Shown here one piece after another: positions 1 to 9,005 of a stretch of DNA of 49,676 bases. The position numbers and the translations under genes were made by a program. The DNA comes from an uncultured Piscinibacter sp. (GTDB lineage Bacteria > Pseudomonadota > Gammaproteobacteria > Burkholderiales > Burkholderiaceae_C), in contig CAZVLY010000003.1 in assembly GCA_964628175.1 (NCBI GenBank), positions 1-49,676 of the forward strand. The letters run 5' to 3'. The notes under the pieces were generated by a model. It made no database searches and had not been told where the DNA came from. It saw nothing but the letters and a program-made list of their open reading frames with translations. Position 1 is the stretch's first letter. The number at the start of each line of letters is the position of its first letter.

Positions 1-20
1 CCGTTCGCGACGAACCGCTC

Positions 21-38
21 CTGTGCGACAGCGCACAG
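21..38. promoter_or_regulatory. Perfect palindrome CTGTGCG-acag-CGCACAG, putative Crp-family operator
   Basis: 7-bp arms ~100 bp upstream of the kinase ATG; the motif recurs in other intergenic regions of the island. Confidence 0.6.
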
Positions 39-138
39 TCGGCTGAGCCGGCGGCCCCCATGATGACCGGCCTGTCGGCATGAACGACCGCTGCCGGGCA
101 AGCCGCTGCCCATCGCTCTACTTCCACAGGAGCCGCCC

Positions 139-1302
139 ATGAGACTCAGCGACTTCGTCAGGGACAACCTGGACGCGATCGTCGCCGACTGGGAGGCCTT
201 CGCCAGGAAACTGCCAGCAGGCCGGACCATGTCGGCCCTGGCCCTGCGCGATCACAGCCGGGAGATCCTCCTGGCCATCGCCGCCGACATGGACCAGGGG
301 CATTCCGATCAGGAACGGGCCGACCAGTCGCAGGACTTCATGCCCACCGACGCCTCCGTCTCCACTGCAGCGGCCGAACATGGCGCACTGCGGCAGATGG
401 CGGGCTTCGACCTTGTGCAGTTGTTCGCCGAGTTTCGCGCGATGCGTGCCAGCGTGATGGCGTTCTGGCAGCGTTCCCACGCGGCCGAGCCAGGGCCCTC
501 GTCGGTCGAAGAGATCACGCGCTTCAACGAAGGCATGGACAAGGCGCTGGCCCAGTCGGTACAGCGCTACTCGAGCGAAGTCGCCGCTTCGCGCGACATG
601 TTTCTGGCCGTGCTCGGCCATGATCTGCGAGGCCCGTTGTCCGGCATCGACATGTCCGCCATGCTGCTTGCGAAGCCCGGCCTGTCGGACGCGGCCAGGC
701 TGCAGTCCGCAGTCCGCATCAAGCGCGCGGCCCGCGACATGAACCGCCTGATCACCGACCTGCTGGAGTACACCCGCACCCGCCTGGGCGCGGGCATTCC
801 GATCGATCGGGTCGCCTGCGATCTGGGTCCGGTGTGCGAGGCCTCGCTCGAGGACATTCGCGCCGGCAGTCCCGAACAGCAGTTCGTGCAGCAGCTGTCC
901 GGTGACCTGAACCTGCAGGCCGACGCGGCCCGCATGCAGCAAGCCTTGTCCAACCTGCTGAGCAACGCCGTCCAGCATGGCAGCCGGCAGTCGCCGGTCA
1001 CGCTCACAGCCAACGGGGAAACGGACGCCGTCGTACTGAAGGTCGGCAACGCGGGCGATCCGATTCCGCCGGCGGCCATGCAGGCGATATTCGAGCCACT
1101 GGTGCAGGCACCGAACGCCAGCTCCGAAGCCCATGAGCGTTCGAGGACCAGTCTAGGACTGGGCCTGTTCATCGTGCGCGAAATCGTGATCGCCCATGGC
1201 GGCACGATCTCCGTGGAGTCCTCGCTCTCCGCAGGAACGGTATTCACGATCCGACTGCCGCGCGCCCGTCTCCAACTCAGTTTGAAGGCGGATACCGGCT
1301 GA
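139..1302 (+). CDS. Soluble sensor histidine kinase (RsbRD-N-like N-terminus, HisKA, HATPase)
   Basis: H-box LGHDLRGPL, N-box NLLSNAVQH, G2 LGLGLFIV; AGGAG RBS; no transmembrane segment evident. Confidence 0.9.
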   Translation: MRLSDFVRDNLDAIVADWEAFARKLPAGRTMSALALRDHSREILLAIAADMDQGHSDQERADQSQDFMPTDASVSTAAAEHGALRQMAGFDLVQLFAEFRAMRASVMAFWQRSHAAEPGPSSVEEITRFNEGMDKALAQSVQRYSSEVAASRDMFLAVLGHDLRGPLSGIDMSAMLLAKPGLSDAARLQSAVRIKRAARDMNRLITDLLEYTRTRLGAGIPIDRVACDLGPVCEASLEDIRAGSPEQQFVQQLSGDLNLQADAARMQQALSNLLSNAVQHGSRQSPVTLTANGETDAVVLKVGNAGDPIPPAAMQAIFEPLVQAPNASSEAHERSRTSLGLGLFIVREIVIAHGGTISVESSLSAGTVFTIRLPRARLQLSLKADTG

Positions 1303-2374
1303 TCAGCTTCTGCTGCCGCAGATGATGGCGGGCCAGTGCGAGGCTGCCCACGGGCCGATGGCCACGGCGGCGCATCTCGTCGCCCAGGGCGAACAGGCGC
1401 CGCTGCTTGTCGAAGATGATCCGGTAAGCCTGCACCAGTGTCAGTGCAGGGTCCCAGGCGTGCACCGCCTCCGAGCCTGCCCCATTGACTTCGATGATCG
1501 TGAACTCTCCGTCACGCAGCGACTCCAGGGAAACGAACTTCACGTCGAATCGACCCGCGTGAAACGACCGCATGTCGCGGGCAATCGCATCGGTTGCCGC
1601 GATCAGTTCGATCGTGACGAGGCCGCTGCCGTCTTCGTACTTGCCGCCCACGCGGGTCGAGCCGACCGTCGCGATGCGAACCGTTTCGCCGGCGCCGGGG
1701 ATGCTGCCGGTATCGCAACATGGCTCGCTGGCGGCTTCGCGTCCGAGGCGGCGCGTGCGCGGGTCGGCAGCCATGAGTTCCGCCACGGTGTGCGTTCCGT
1801 CGCCCACCACCCGAGGAAAGTGGCGCAGCAACATGCCGATCACCATGCCCGCGGCATGACCCGGCCGACGCATGTAGAAGATCCCCGCCTCACCCGGCTC
1901 GTCGACGAGGCGCTGGATGACGACCCTTTCGCCCCGCGGAAATGCACGCAGGTACTCGCCGAGCTCGAAGGCGTTGCCGACGCGGCGAACGCCGTACCCG
2001 CACCAGCCGATGTCCGGCTTGACCACCACGGGATAGACCAGGCCGTGGCGCCTCATGGCTTCCTCGGCGTCGGGGACCGATTCTGCACCGGCCGCCGTCA
2101 TGCAAGCGGTCGCTGCAGTGGCCCGCAAGGCACGCTCGCCCATGATGTCGAAGTACTCCATCTTGCCTTCACCCACCATCCCGCCGGTGGTGATTGCAGG
2201 ATTGGTGCACGACGGCAATGAAACGGATCCGTAGCGGGCGGACAACCACAACCACTGCGCGACGATGGGCACGAGGTTCAGCCATTTCGGAAGCCGTTCG
2301 AGCGCCCCGATCGCCGGCGTGGCCGCCACCCCGGGGGATCGCGCCCAGGCGAGATCGTCGATGCCGGGAGTCAT
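1277..2374 (-). CDS. ATP-grasp fold ligase (D-Ala-D-Ala-ligase-like family)
   Basis: YPVVVKPDIGWCGYGV, GRFDVKF and IIEVNGAG motifs; ATG at 2374 overlaps the GNAT stop (ATGA). Confidence 0.8.
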   Translation of the reverse strand: MTPGIDDLAWARSPGVAATPAIGALERLPKWLNLVPIVAQWLWLSARYGSVSLPSCTNPAITTGGMVGEGKMEYFDIMGERALRATAATACMTAAGAESVPDAEEAMRRHGLVYPVVVKPDIGWCGYGVRRVGNAFELGEYLRAFPRGERVVIQRLVDEPGEAGIFYMRRPGHAAGMVIGMLLRHFPRVVGDGTHTVAELMAADPRTRRLGREAASEPCCDTGSIPGAGETVRIATVGSTRVGGKYEDGSGLVTIELIAATDAIARDMRSFHAGRFDVKFVSLESLRDGEFTIIEVNGAGSEAVHAWDPALTLVQAYRIIFDKQRRLFALGDEMRRRGHRPVGSLALARHHLRQQKLISRYPPSN

Positions 2375-3174
2375 TGTTCTTCGACGAAGACGCGCCTCGC
2401 GTAGCGGGTCGGCAAGTCGTCGAGTCGCATGATCATCGGGAAGTCCGCCGTGTTGAAGGCCCGGTCGAGTGCCGGTGGGCCGAGGAAGCGCCCACCGCAT
2501 CGCAGGTAGCCCTTCATCAGCGTGGGCACGGCGGCGTCGGGCCCAAGCGCGTCCTCGGCGGTCAGGTGCAGGGCCACTCTCGGCCGCACTCGATCGGAGC
2601 TCGGCACGAGATACTTCATCCGCAACCGGTGCCACAGCTGAGACGCCAGCCGGCCACCATCGGACAAGCTGACACTCGAGCAGCCGATCATCGCCTCCAG
2701 GTTCTGCGCTGCCATCCGCAAGCCGACGGCCCGCCACATGGCCATCACGACCAGACCATTGCGCCAGGACGGATCGATGCACACGCGACCCATCTCGATG
2801 GCGCGCAGCAACAGTTCGCGAACCGGCTCGAGATCGAACTCGCGGTCGGTGTACAGCCCCCCGGCGCGGCGGGCATCTTCCGGCGTCAGGACCCGGCAGG
2901 TGGCGATGACCCGGCCGTCGCCCGAACTGTCGCGCGCCCTGACCACCAGGTGGTCGCAATAAGCGTCGAAGGGATCGACATCGTGCGCAGGCGGTACGTT
3001 CGCTGCCAGGCACAGATTCGCCCCCATCTCACCGACGAAGACTCGAAACCGCAGCCGCTGTGCCTCCGCGATGTCTTCGGGGCAAGTCGCCCAGTGGACC
3101 TGAAAGGAAAGCTCGGTCGAGACGCCGGCGGCGCCGGTGTCGCCCCGCTTGACTGCAGTCAGGACGGCGGTCAC
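2371..3174 (-). CDS. GNAT-family N-acyltransferase (OlsB/putative-hemolysin-like)
   Basis: AQRLRFRVFVGEMGA, DPFDAYCDHL, EMGRVCIDP, LMKGYLRCG, DRAFNTAD motifs typical of the ornithine-lipid acyltransferase family. Confidence 0.85.
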   Translation of the reverse strand: MTAVLTAVKRGDTGAAGVSTELSFQVHWATCPEDIAEAQRLRFRVFVGEMGANLCLAANVPPAHDVDPFDAYCDHLVVRARDSSGDGRVIATCRVLTPEDARRAGGLYTDREFDLEPVRELLLRAIEMGRVCIDPSWRNGLVVMAMWRAVGLRMAAQNLEAMIGCSSVSLSDGGRLASQLWHRLRMKYLVPSSDRVRPRVALHLTAEDALGPDAAVPTLMKGYLRCGGRFLGPPALDRAFNTADFPMIMRLDDLPTRYARRVFVEEQ

Positions 3175-3177
3175 GGC

Positions 3178-3942
3178 TCACATCCAGGCAGCGGTGCCAC
3201 GGCCGCCGAGGGCGAAGCGCGGAGTGCGCGCGAGCCGCACGGCTTCGGTCACGGGGGCGATGCGGGTCTCGCCGTTGCAGGCGCGCGGCGGGTCGCTCCT
3301 CAGCACGTTCGCCGTGCCGTTGGCAACCGTGGCGTGCTCGTCCTGCGCGGCCTCGCGGATGAGGTAGTCGATCGGCTTGAAGCTGCCGTTGTTGGAGCCC
3401 TCGGCTGAACAGGCGGTCAGGCCGCAGATCAGGTCACGCTCAGCCTTCAGTTCGATCCAGTCGCCTGCCTTCGATCGCGGCACGCCGACCGTGAGGGCAC
3501 CCGCCGCGTCGACGTTGACCTCCATGAAGATGTTGAAGGTCGTATGGATCTGCGCCGGCCGCACACCGAATGGCGCCAGGCTGCTCGCCAGGTTCTCGAA
3601 GCAACTGGGGTGGTGATGCTGGCAACCGTAGAGGATGCGGAACATCTCCTGGCTGCAGGGTGTCAGCAGGAAATCGTGCCGGCCCACCTTGTCGCCCAGG
3701 ATCGTGAACATCGGGCAGCTGTCGTTGCTGTAGAGCGTGTCCCCGGTGCTCAGCCTCGTGGTGCCGGCGTAGTCGATCGATCGACCGGAGGAAAGCCAGC
3801 GATCCAGCCTGCCCGCTTCGAACGCAAAGAGATCGGCCACCTGTTCGCCCAGCGGATCCACCACCCGGAGCACCTGACCTTTTCGCAGCTCGAACGCCAC
3901 GCCAGACTGCGGCGGGATGCGTCGCGCACTTGTGTCGATCAC
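3178..3942 (-). CDS. DUF1989 / urea-carboxylase-associated family protein (YcgI-like)
   Basis: GEQVADL, LSSGRSIDY, HDFLLTPCS, HPSCFENL, FNIFM, LTACSA motifs; GTG start. Confidence 0.88.
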   Translation of the reverse strand: MIDTSARRIPPQSGVAFELRKGQVLRVVDPLGEQVADLFAFEAGRLDRWLSSGRSIDYAGTTRLSTGDTLYSNDSCPMFTILGDKVGRHDFLLTPCSQEMFRILYGCQHHHPSCFENLASSLAPFGVRPAQIHTTFNIFMEVNVDAAGALTVGVPRSKAGDWIELKAERDLICGLTACSAEGSNNGSFKPIDYLIREAAQDEHATVANGTANVLRSDPPRACNGETRIAPVTEAVRLARTPRFALGGRGTAAWM

Positions 3943-4144
3943 GCAGACTCCCGGTTGGCCAGTGGTTGACCCACTTTAGGAACCGCCGTTCGCGGCCGCA
4001 ACGGTGGGCAACGCAAGTTGGCGTAGGACAGCGCCGCCACTGGCGAATCTGGGCATCTTGTCCGCCGGGCTTCGGTGATCTTGTCCTACGTCTGTTGCAC
4101 GGAGGGCCATCGACACTCAATGCCGCCTTCGAAACCCACTCCCC

Positions 4145-4942
4145 ATGCACATCGAATCCACGATGGCTCGCAGCCGCATCGGAACCACTCCGCTCGCTGC
4201 GACGGCGCCCGCGCTGTCCGTCAGCCACTACCTCGTCCCTGCCGCCGGCACGTGCACTTACCGATCGCGCCCCGAAGACCTGCCCAGTGCGCACGATGCG
4301 GCAATCCACGACGTCATCCGCTCGCACGTCCTTGCCAGCGACTATCCGTGCGTCATGGCAAGGTCTGCGTTCAATCGCGATGCGTACCGGCTTTCCACCT
4401 ACGGCCCGCTGGGCTCGCCGGACAACGCGCGCATGCTGTGTCACGACCTGTACACCTTCTGCGCGGAGTTTCCGCAACCGGTCGACGGGGCGGTCTCGTT
4501 CGTGGCCTGCTTCGAGCCCTCGGCGCCGCAGGATGAAGCGGCGTTCGAGAAGCAACTGTGGCAGCAGCTGCAAGCCATTCACGACGTCGACGAAGCGCTG
4601 TTCGACTGGTGCGCGGATGTCGAGTCGGAACCCGAGAGCGCCGATTTCTCCTTCAGCGTTGGAGGCCGCGCCTTCTTCCTGATCGGCATGCATCCCGCCG
4701 CGTCGCGAATCGCTCGGCGCACGCCGATGCCGGTCATTGTCTTCAACCTTCACGAACAGTTCGTCGAGCTCCGGGCGAACGGCAAGTTCGACGGCGTGCG
4801 CGACACGATCCAGCAGCGTGACCGGCAACTCCAGGGCAGCATCAACCCGATGGCCGCCGACCACGGCGATCGTTCCGAGGCGGCCCAGTACTCCGGGCGT
4901 CGGGTCGGCCGGGAGTGGGCGTGCCCGTTCGCGCAGAAGTAG
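4145..4942 (+). CDS. YqcI/YcgG family heme-dependent guanidino N-hydroxylase-like protein (DcsA/GntA family)
   Basis: YPCV, FEKQLWQQLQ, FSFSVGGRAFF, VFNLHEQF, SEAAQYSGR, C-terminal WACPF; start codon uncertain. Confidence 0.85.
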   Translation: MHIESTMARSRIGTTPLAATAPALSVSHYLVPAAGTCTYRSRPEDLPSAHDAAIHDVIRSHVLASDYPCVMARSAFNRDAYRLSTYGPLGSPDNARMLCHDLYTFCAEFPQPVDGAVSFVACFEPSAPQDEAAFEKQLWQQLQAIHDVDEALFDWCADVESEPESADFSFSVGGRAFFLIGMHPAASRIARRTPMPVIVFNLHEQFVELRANGKFDGVRDTIQQRDRQLQGSINPMAADHGDRSEAAQYSGRRVGREWACPFAQK

Positions 4943-5002
4943 CCACATCCCGGCAACACGATCCAGACCGAGCGCCATCACCGAGCCCGCAGAACGCATC
5001 GC

Positions 5003-6784
5003 ATGAACTTCGCCTATCCCCGCCCACAACTGATCCGCGCCCAATGGACCTGCCTGAACGGGCCGTGGCGCTTCCTGTTCGACGACGAGCGGCGCTACGC
5101 GTCCCCCGCTGACATCGATGCCTGGCCGATGCAGATCAACGTGCCCTTCGCGCCGGAATCGAGCGCCAGCGGCATCGGCGACACGGGCTTTCACGCCGTC
5201 TGCTGGTACGAGCGCGAGTTCGACTGCATGCCGGGGCCGGACCGCGTGATCCTGCGCTTCGGCGCGGTCGACTATGCGGCGCAGGTGTGGGTGAACGGTC
5301 AGCTGGCGGTGGCGCACGAGGGCGGCCACACGCCGTTCTCGGCCGACATCACGTCGATGCTCGAGCCTTCCGGACGTCAGACCGTCACGCTGTGCGTGGA
5401 GGACGACCCGCACGAACTTGCCAAGCCGCGGGGCAAGCAGGACTGGCAGCGTGAACCGCATTCGATCTGGTACCCCCGAACCACCGGCATCTGGCAGAGC
5501 GTCTGGTTCGAGCGTGTGGCCCGCACCTACGTCGGCAAGATCCGCTGGACGCCACAGGTCGAGGGTTTTGCGATCGGCGTCGAACTGCGCATCACCGGCG
5601 ACACCTGCGAAGACCTGTGGGTCGAGGTTGCGCTGCGACACGGCTCGCGCACCCTGGCCCAGGACCGGTATCAGGTGCTCGATCGCGAAGTCGACCGGGT
5701 CATCGTGCTCTCGGACCCTGGCATCGACGACTTTCGCAACGAGCTTCTCTGGAGCCCTGAACGGCCGACCCTGCTGGACGCCACGGTGCGCCTGATGCGT
5801 GGCAGCGAGGTGATCGACGAATTCGAGTCCTACACGGCGCTTCGGTCGGTCGCCGTCCTCCGCGATCGATTCATGCTCAATGGACGCCCCTACCTGTTGC
5901 GGCTGGTGCTGGACCAGGGCTACTGGCCCGAGACGCTGATGACGGCGCCGGGCGACCAGGCGCTGCGCCGCGACGTCGAACTGGCCAAGGCGATGGGCTT
6001 CAACGGCGTGCGCAAGCACCAGAAGATCGAGGACCCGAGATACCTGTACTGGGCCGATCGGCTCGGGCTGCTGGTCTGGGAGGAAATGCCGTCCGCCTAT
6101 CGATTCACGCGCACCGCCATCAAGCGCACGGTGCGGGAGTGGACCGAGGTGATCGAACGCGACTACAGCCACCCCTGCGTGATCGTCTGGGTGCCGTTCA
6201 ACGAAAGCTGGGGCGTGCCCGAACTCACCGTCGTCGGCAAGCAAAGGCATGCCGTCGAGGCGCTGTACCACCTGACGAAGACGCTCGACTCCACGCGCCT
6301 GGTGATCGGCAACGATGGCTGGGAGAGCAGCGCGACCGACATCATCGGCATTCACGACTACGACGCCAATGTGGAGCATCTTCGCAAGCGTTACGGGCCG
6401 GAGATCAAGGCCGATGAACTCTTCGACCGGCGCCGCCCCGGCGGCCGAATCCTCACGCTCGACGGCTATCCCCATCGCGGCCAGCCGATCATGCTGACGG
6501 AATTCGGCGGCATCGCGTTCGCGCAGCAGGCGCAGTCGGGGGCGCCGCGGGTCTGGGGATACTCGGTGGCGGACAGCGAAGCCCGGTTCGTGCAGATGTA
6601 CGGCGAGCTGATGCACACGGTCATCCACACGGCGCTGTTTGCAGGCTTCTGCTACACGCAGTTTGCCGACACCTTCCAGGAAGCCAACGGCCTGCTTCGT
6701 GCCGATCGCACGCCGAAGATGCCGCTCGACGACATCGCCAGGGCGACGCGGGCTGCGCGCACGCACATTGCGGGCGGTGTCTAG
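5003..6784 (+). CDS. Glycoside hydrolase family 2
   Basis: YPRPQL, FGAVDY, HEGGHTPF, LDQGYWP, WVPFNESWG (acid/base), MLTEFGG (nucleophile). Confidence 0.92.
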   Translation: MNFAYPRPQLIRAQWTCLNGPWRFLFDDERRYASPADIDAWPMQINVPFAPESSASGIGDTGFHAVCWYEREFDCMPGPDRVILRFGAVDYAAQVWVNGQLAVAHEGGHTPFSADITSMLEPSGRQTVTLCVEDDPHELAKPRGKQDWQREPHSIWYPRTTGIWQSVWFERVARTYVGKIRWTPQVEGFAIGVELRITGDTCEDLWVEVALRHGSRTLAQDRYQVLDREVDRVIVLSDPGIDDFRNELLWSPERPTLLDATVRLMRGSEVIDEFESYTALRSVAVLRDRFMLNGRPYLLRLVLDQGYWPETLMTAPGDQALRRDVELAKAMGFNGVRKHQKIEDPRYLYWADRLGLLVWEEMPSAYRFTRTAIKRTVREWTEVIERDYSHPCVIVWVPFNESWGVPELTVVGKQRHAVEALYHLTKTLDSTRLVIGNDGWESSATDIIGIHDYDANVEHLRKRYGPEIKADELFDRRRPGGRILTLDGYPHRGQPIMLTEFGGIAFAQQAQSGAPRVWGYSVADSEARFVQMYGELMHTVIHTALFAGFCYTQFADTFQEANGLLRADRTPKMPLDDIARATRAARTHIAGGV

Positions 6785-6801
6785 GCTCGGCGAGCCCGGC
6801 C

Positions 6802-9003
6802 TCAGGCGACCAGGTCCAGATGCACCGGGCTGCGGCCTGACTCGGCCCGGGGCAATACATCCGCCCCGCGCTCCACCAGGTATCGCGACAGCGCATCGTC
6901 CAGCGTCGGCATGAGGGTGCCACGCTCGCTGCCCATCTCCACCCGGCCCGGCCGTTGCGCCACCTGCCCGAGCTCATGGCCTTCGACGGCGTCGATGAGC
7001 CGCGTGTCCAGGCCGCAGCGGCGAGCCGCCGTCGCGGCGAAGCCGGACCAGCTCACGACCCCCTGGTTCGCCAGGTGCCAGATTCCGCTTTCGCCGTCGA
7101 TCAGCAGGTCCAGCGAAGCCATCACGAGGTCGCGCACATAGGTGGGTGAGATCGCCTGGTCGCAGGCGGCGCGCCAGCGCTGACCGCTGGCCAGCTGCCG
7201 CAGTCCGACAGTGAGGAAGTTGTGCTGGTCCCACGGCCCGAAGAAGGCCGCCGTCCGGATCACCAGCGCGGCCGGATCCTGCTGCAAGACGCGCCGTTCC
7301 GCTTCCGCCTTGGCCTCACCGTAGGCGTTGAGCGGATTCACGGCGTCGCTTTCCACATAGGCCAGGCCCTTGTCGCCGTCGAAGACCTGGTCGCTCGAGA
7401 AGGTCAGCAGCTTCACACCCTCGCGTTCGCAGGCGCGCGCCAGGACTGCCGGGCCGAGCACGTTGTCGCGCCATTGCCGCGTTTGTGCCTGGGCATCGTC
7501 CAGGCGGACGAAACCGGCCGCGTTGACGAATGCCCAGGGCTTCCAGCGCTTCATGGCGGCTTCGACCGCCGCCACGTCGGCGATGTCGACATCGGCCCGC
7601 GCGAGCACGTGGCAAGGCAGGCCACGCATGTGGCACAGGTGCGCAAAGGCGCGACCCAGCGTACCGGTGGCGCCGGCGATCAACAGCGGCGGTCCGCGTG
7701 GTGCGAGGTGGTCCGCCGGGCCATAGGCGGGACAACGATGGCGGATGGACCGCTGCCACCACCCATGGCCGCCGGCGACCGGGTGGCGCGCCGCCGAGCC
7801 TTGCGCAAGCTGCCGCGCAAGATGCGCCAGCGCCGTCGGGCGCGGCGTCGGACTGCGCACGTCCCAGAGTCCGGGCTCGTAATGTCCCTTGTCCTGGGTG
7901 ACCAGGCTGTCCCAGTCGACCGTTCCGAACGCCGCCCATGCCGTGACCGCACGCACGTCGACGCCGGTGCTCCGCAGCGATTGTGCGGAGTCCCACGCCT
8001 GGTTCAGCCAGCGCAGCTGCTCTTCCCGGGTGCAACCGATGTGCGCCTCGGTCAGCGCGACGGGCCGCCCGTAGCGCTCCCACGCTTCCTTCAGACGAGC
8101 GGCGACGCCATCCAGCTGATCGCCATGGACGCGAACGGTCTCGATGTCGACGTAGCGATCCCGGCCATTGCCCCCGTGCAGGTCCGCGTGATGCAGATCG
8201 AGCCGGTCGTCGAGGAAACGCTGGCTGGTGACGTAGTAGTTGATGCCCGTGATGTCCGGAGGGCAAGGTGCGTCGACGAACTCGAACAGCTCCTTGATGG
8301 AGGCACCGTTCCGACGCAGGTAGCTCCACAGCGGATGCGCCGGATCGACCCGTCCGCAAAGCAGGTCGAAGCCCAGCCATCGCCGTTGATTCTCGAAATC
8401 GGCCTGGTACTGCAGCGCGGGCGTGGCATGTGTGAACCCGAGATCGTCGGTCTGTACCAGCTGCGCTGCGGAGTTGACATCGCGGATCGCACGCATCGAC
8501 AGCACCGTGGCGCGCTGCTGATTGAGCAGCGCACGCACGAAGCTCGCATCGTCGCGGCAATGGGGATACCAGACGCCCGAGAGGCCGCTGAAGCGGGCCG
8601 TCGTGGTGGGCTCGTTGACCGGTGTGAAGGCCTCCAGGTGCGGATAGCGCCGGGCGACCGCTCCGGCGTACCGGGCCAGACCGGTAGCAAAGTCTGCGGC
8701 GAGCAAGTGGGTCGTCGGCGGCCCGCTGCCGTGGTGAACGAGGCCAGCCACGCAATCCAGCCTGCACTCGCGCAATCGCTCGATGCGCGCGTCGGACCAG
8801 CGCCAGTCGAATGCTCCGGGAGACGGCAACGCGCAACGCTCCCAGAGCAGGGGCATGCGCATGCGCCGCACGCCGAGGCTGGCGATGCGGTCGATGTCGT
8901 CGAGCCGGTGCGCGAAGCCTGTCTCCGCCATCTGATCGCGCCAGGTCTGGCCCACGCGATTGACGGTGCATTCCGGGCCGGCCCAGAGTTCGAGTGCGGG
9001 CAT
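6802..9003 (-). CDS. Fusion: GH-A clan (GH1-like) glycosidase + dTDP-4-dehydrorhamnose reductase-like (RmlD) SDR domain
   Basis: N-half PVNEP and LTEAH; C-half GATGTLG, VNAAG, FSSDQVFDG, YGEAK; start at MPALELW, 2 bp after the glf stop. Confidence 0.85.
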   Translation of the reverse strand: MPALELWAGPECTVNRVGQTWRDQMAETGFAHRLDDIDRIASLGVRRMRMPLLWERCALPSPGAFDWRWSDARIERLRECRLDCVAGLVHHGSGPPTTHLLAADFATGLARYAGAVARRYPHLEAFTPVNEPTTTARFSGLSGVWYPHCRDDASFVRALLNQQRATVLSMRAIRDVNSAAQLVQTDDLGFTHATPALQYQADFENQRRWLGFDLLCGRVDPAHPLWSYLRRNGASIKELFEFVDAPCPPDITGINYYVTSQRFLDDRLDLHHADLHGGNGRDRYVDIETVRVHGDQLDGVAARLKEAWERYGRPVALTEAHIGCTREEQLRWLNQAWDSAQSLRSTGVDVRAVTAWAAFGTVDWDSLVTQDKGHYEPGLWDVRSPTPRPTALAHLARQLAQGSAARHPVAGGHGWWQRSIRHRCPAYGPADHLAPRGPPLLIAGATGTLGRAFAHLCHMRGLPCHVLARADVDIADVAAVEAAMKRWKPWAFVNAAGFVRLDDAQAQTRQWRDNVLGPAVLARACEREGVKLLTFSSDQVFDGDKGLAYVESDAVNPLNAYGEAKAEAERRVLQQDPAALVIRTAAFFGPWDQHNFLTVGLRQLASGQRWRAACDQAISPTYVRDLVMASLDLLIDGESGIWHLANQGVVSWSGFAATAARRCGLDTRLIDAVEGHELGQVAQRPGRVEMGSERGTLMPTLDDALSRYLVERGADVLPRAESGRSPVHLDLVA

Positions 9004-9005
9004 CG

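Noticed and set aside
95-110. GG-N10-GC matches upstream of the first kinase (and at 4052-4065)
   Set aside because: Poor -24 or -12 context; bare GG-N10-GC is common at this GC content.
4040-4100. Possible guanidine riboswitch upstream of DUF1989 (GGACAAGA words on the minus strand)
   Set aside because: No ACGR tetraloop hairpins or pseudoknot pairing could be built by eye, so it was treated as a DNA repeat instead. An Infernal search with the Rfam ykkC models would settle it.
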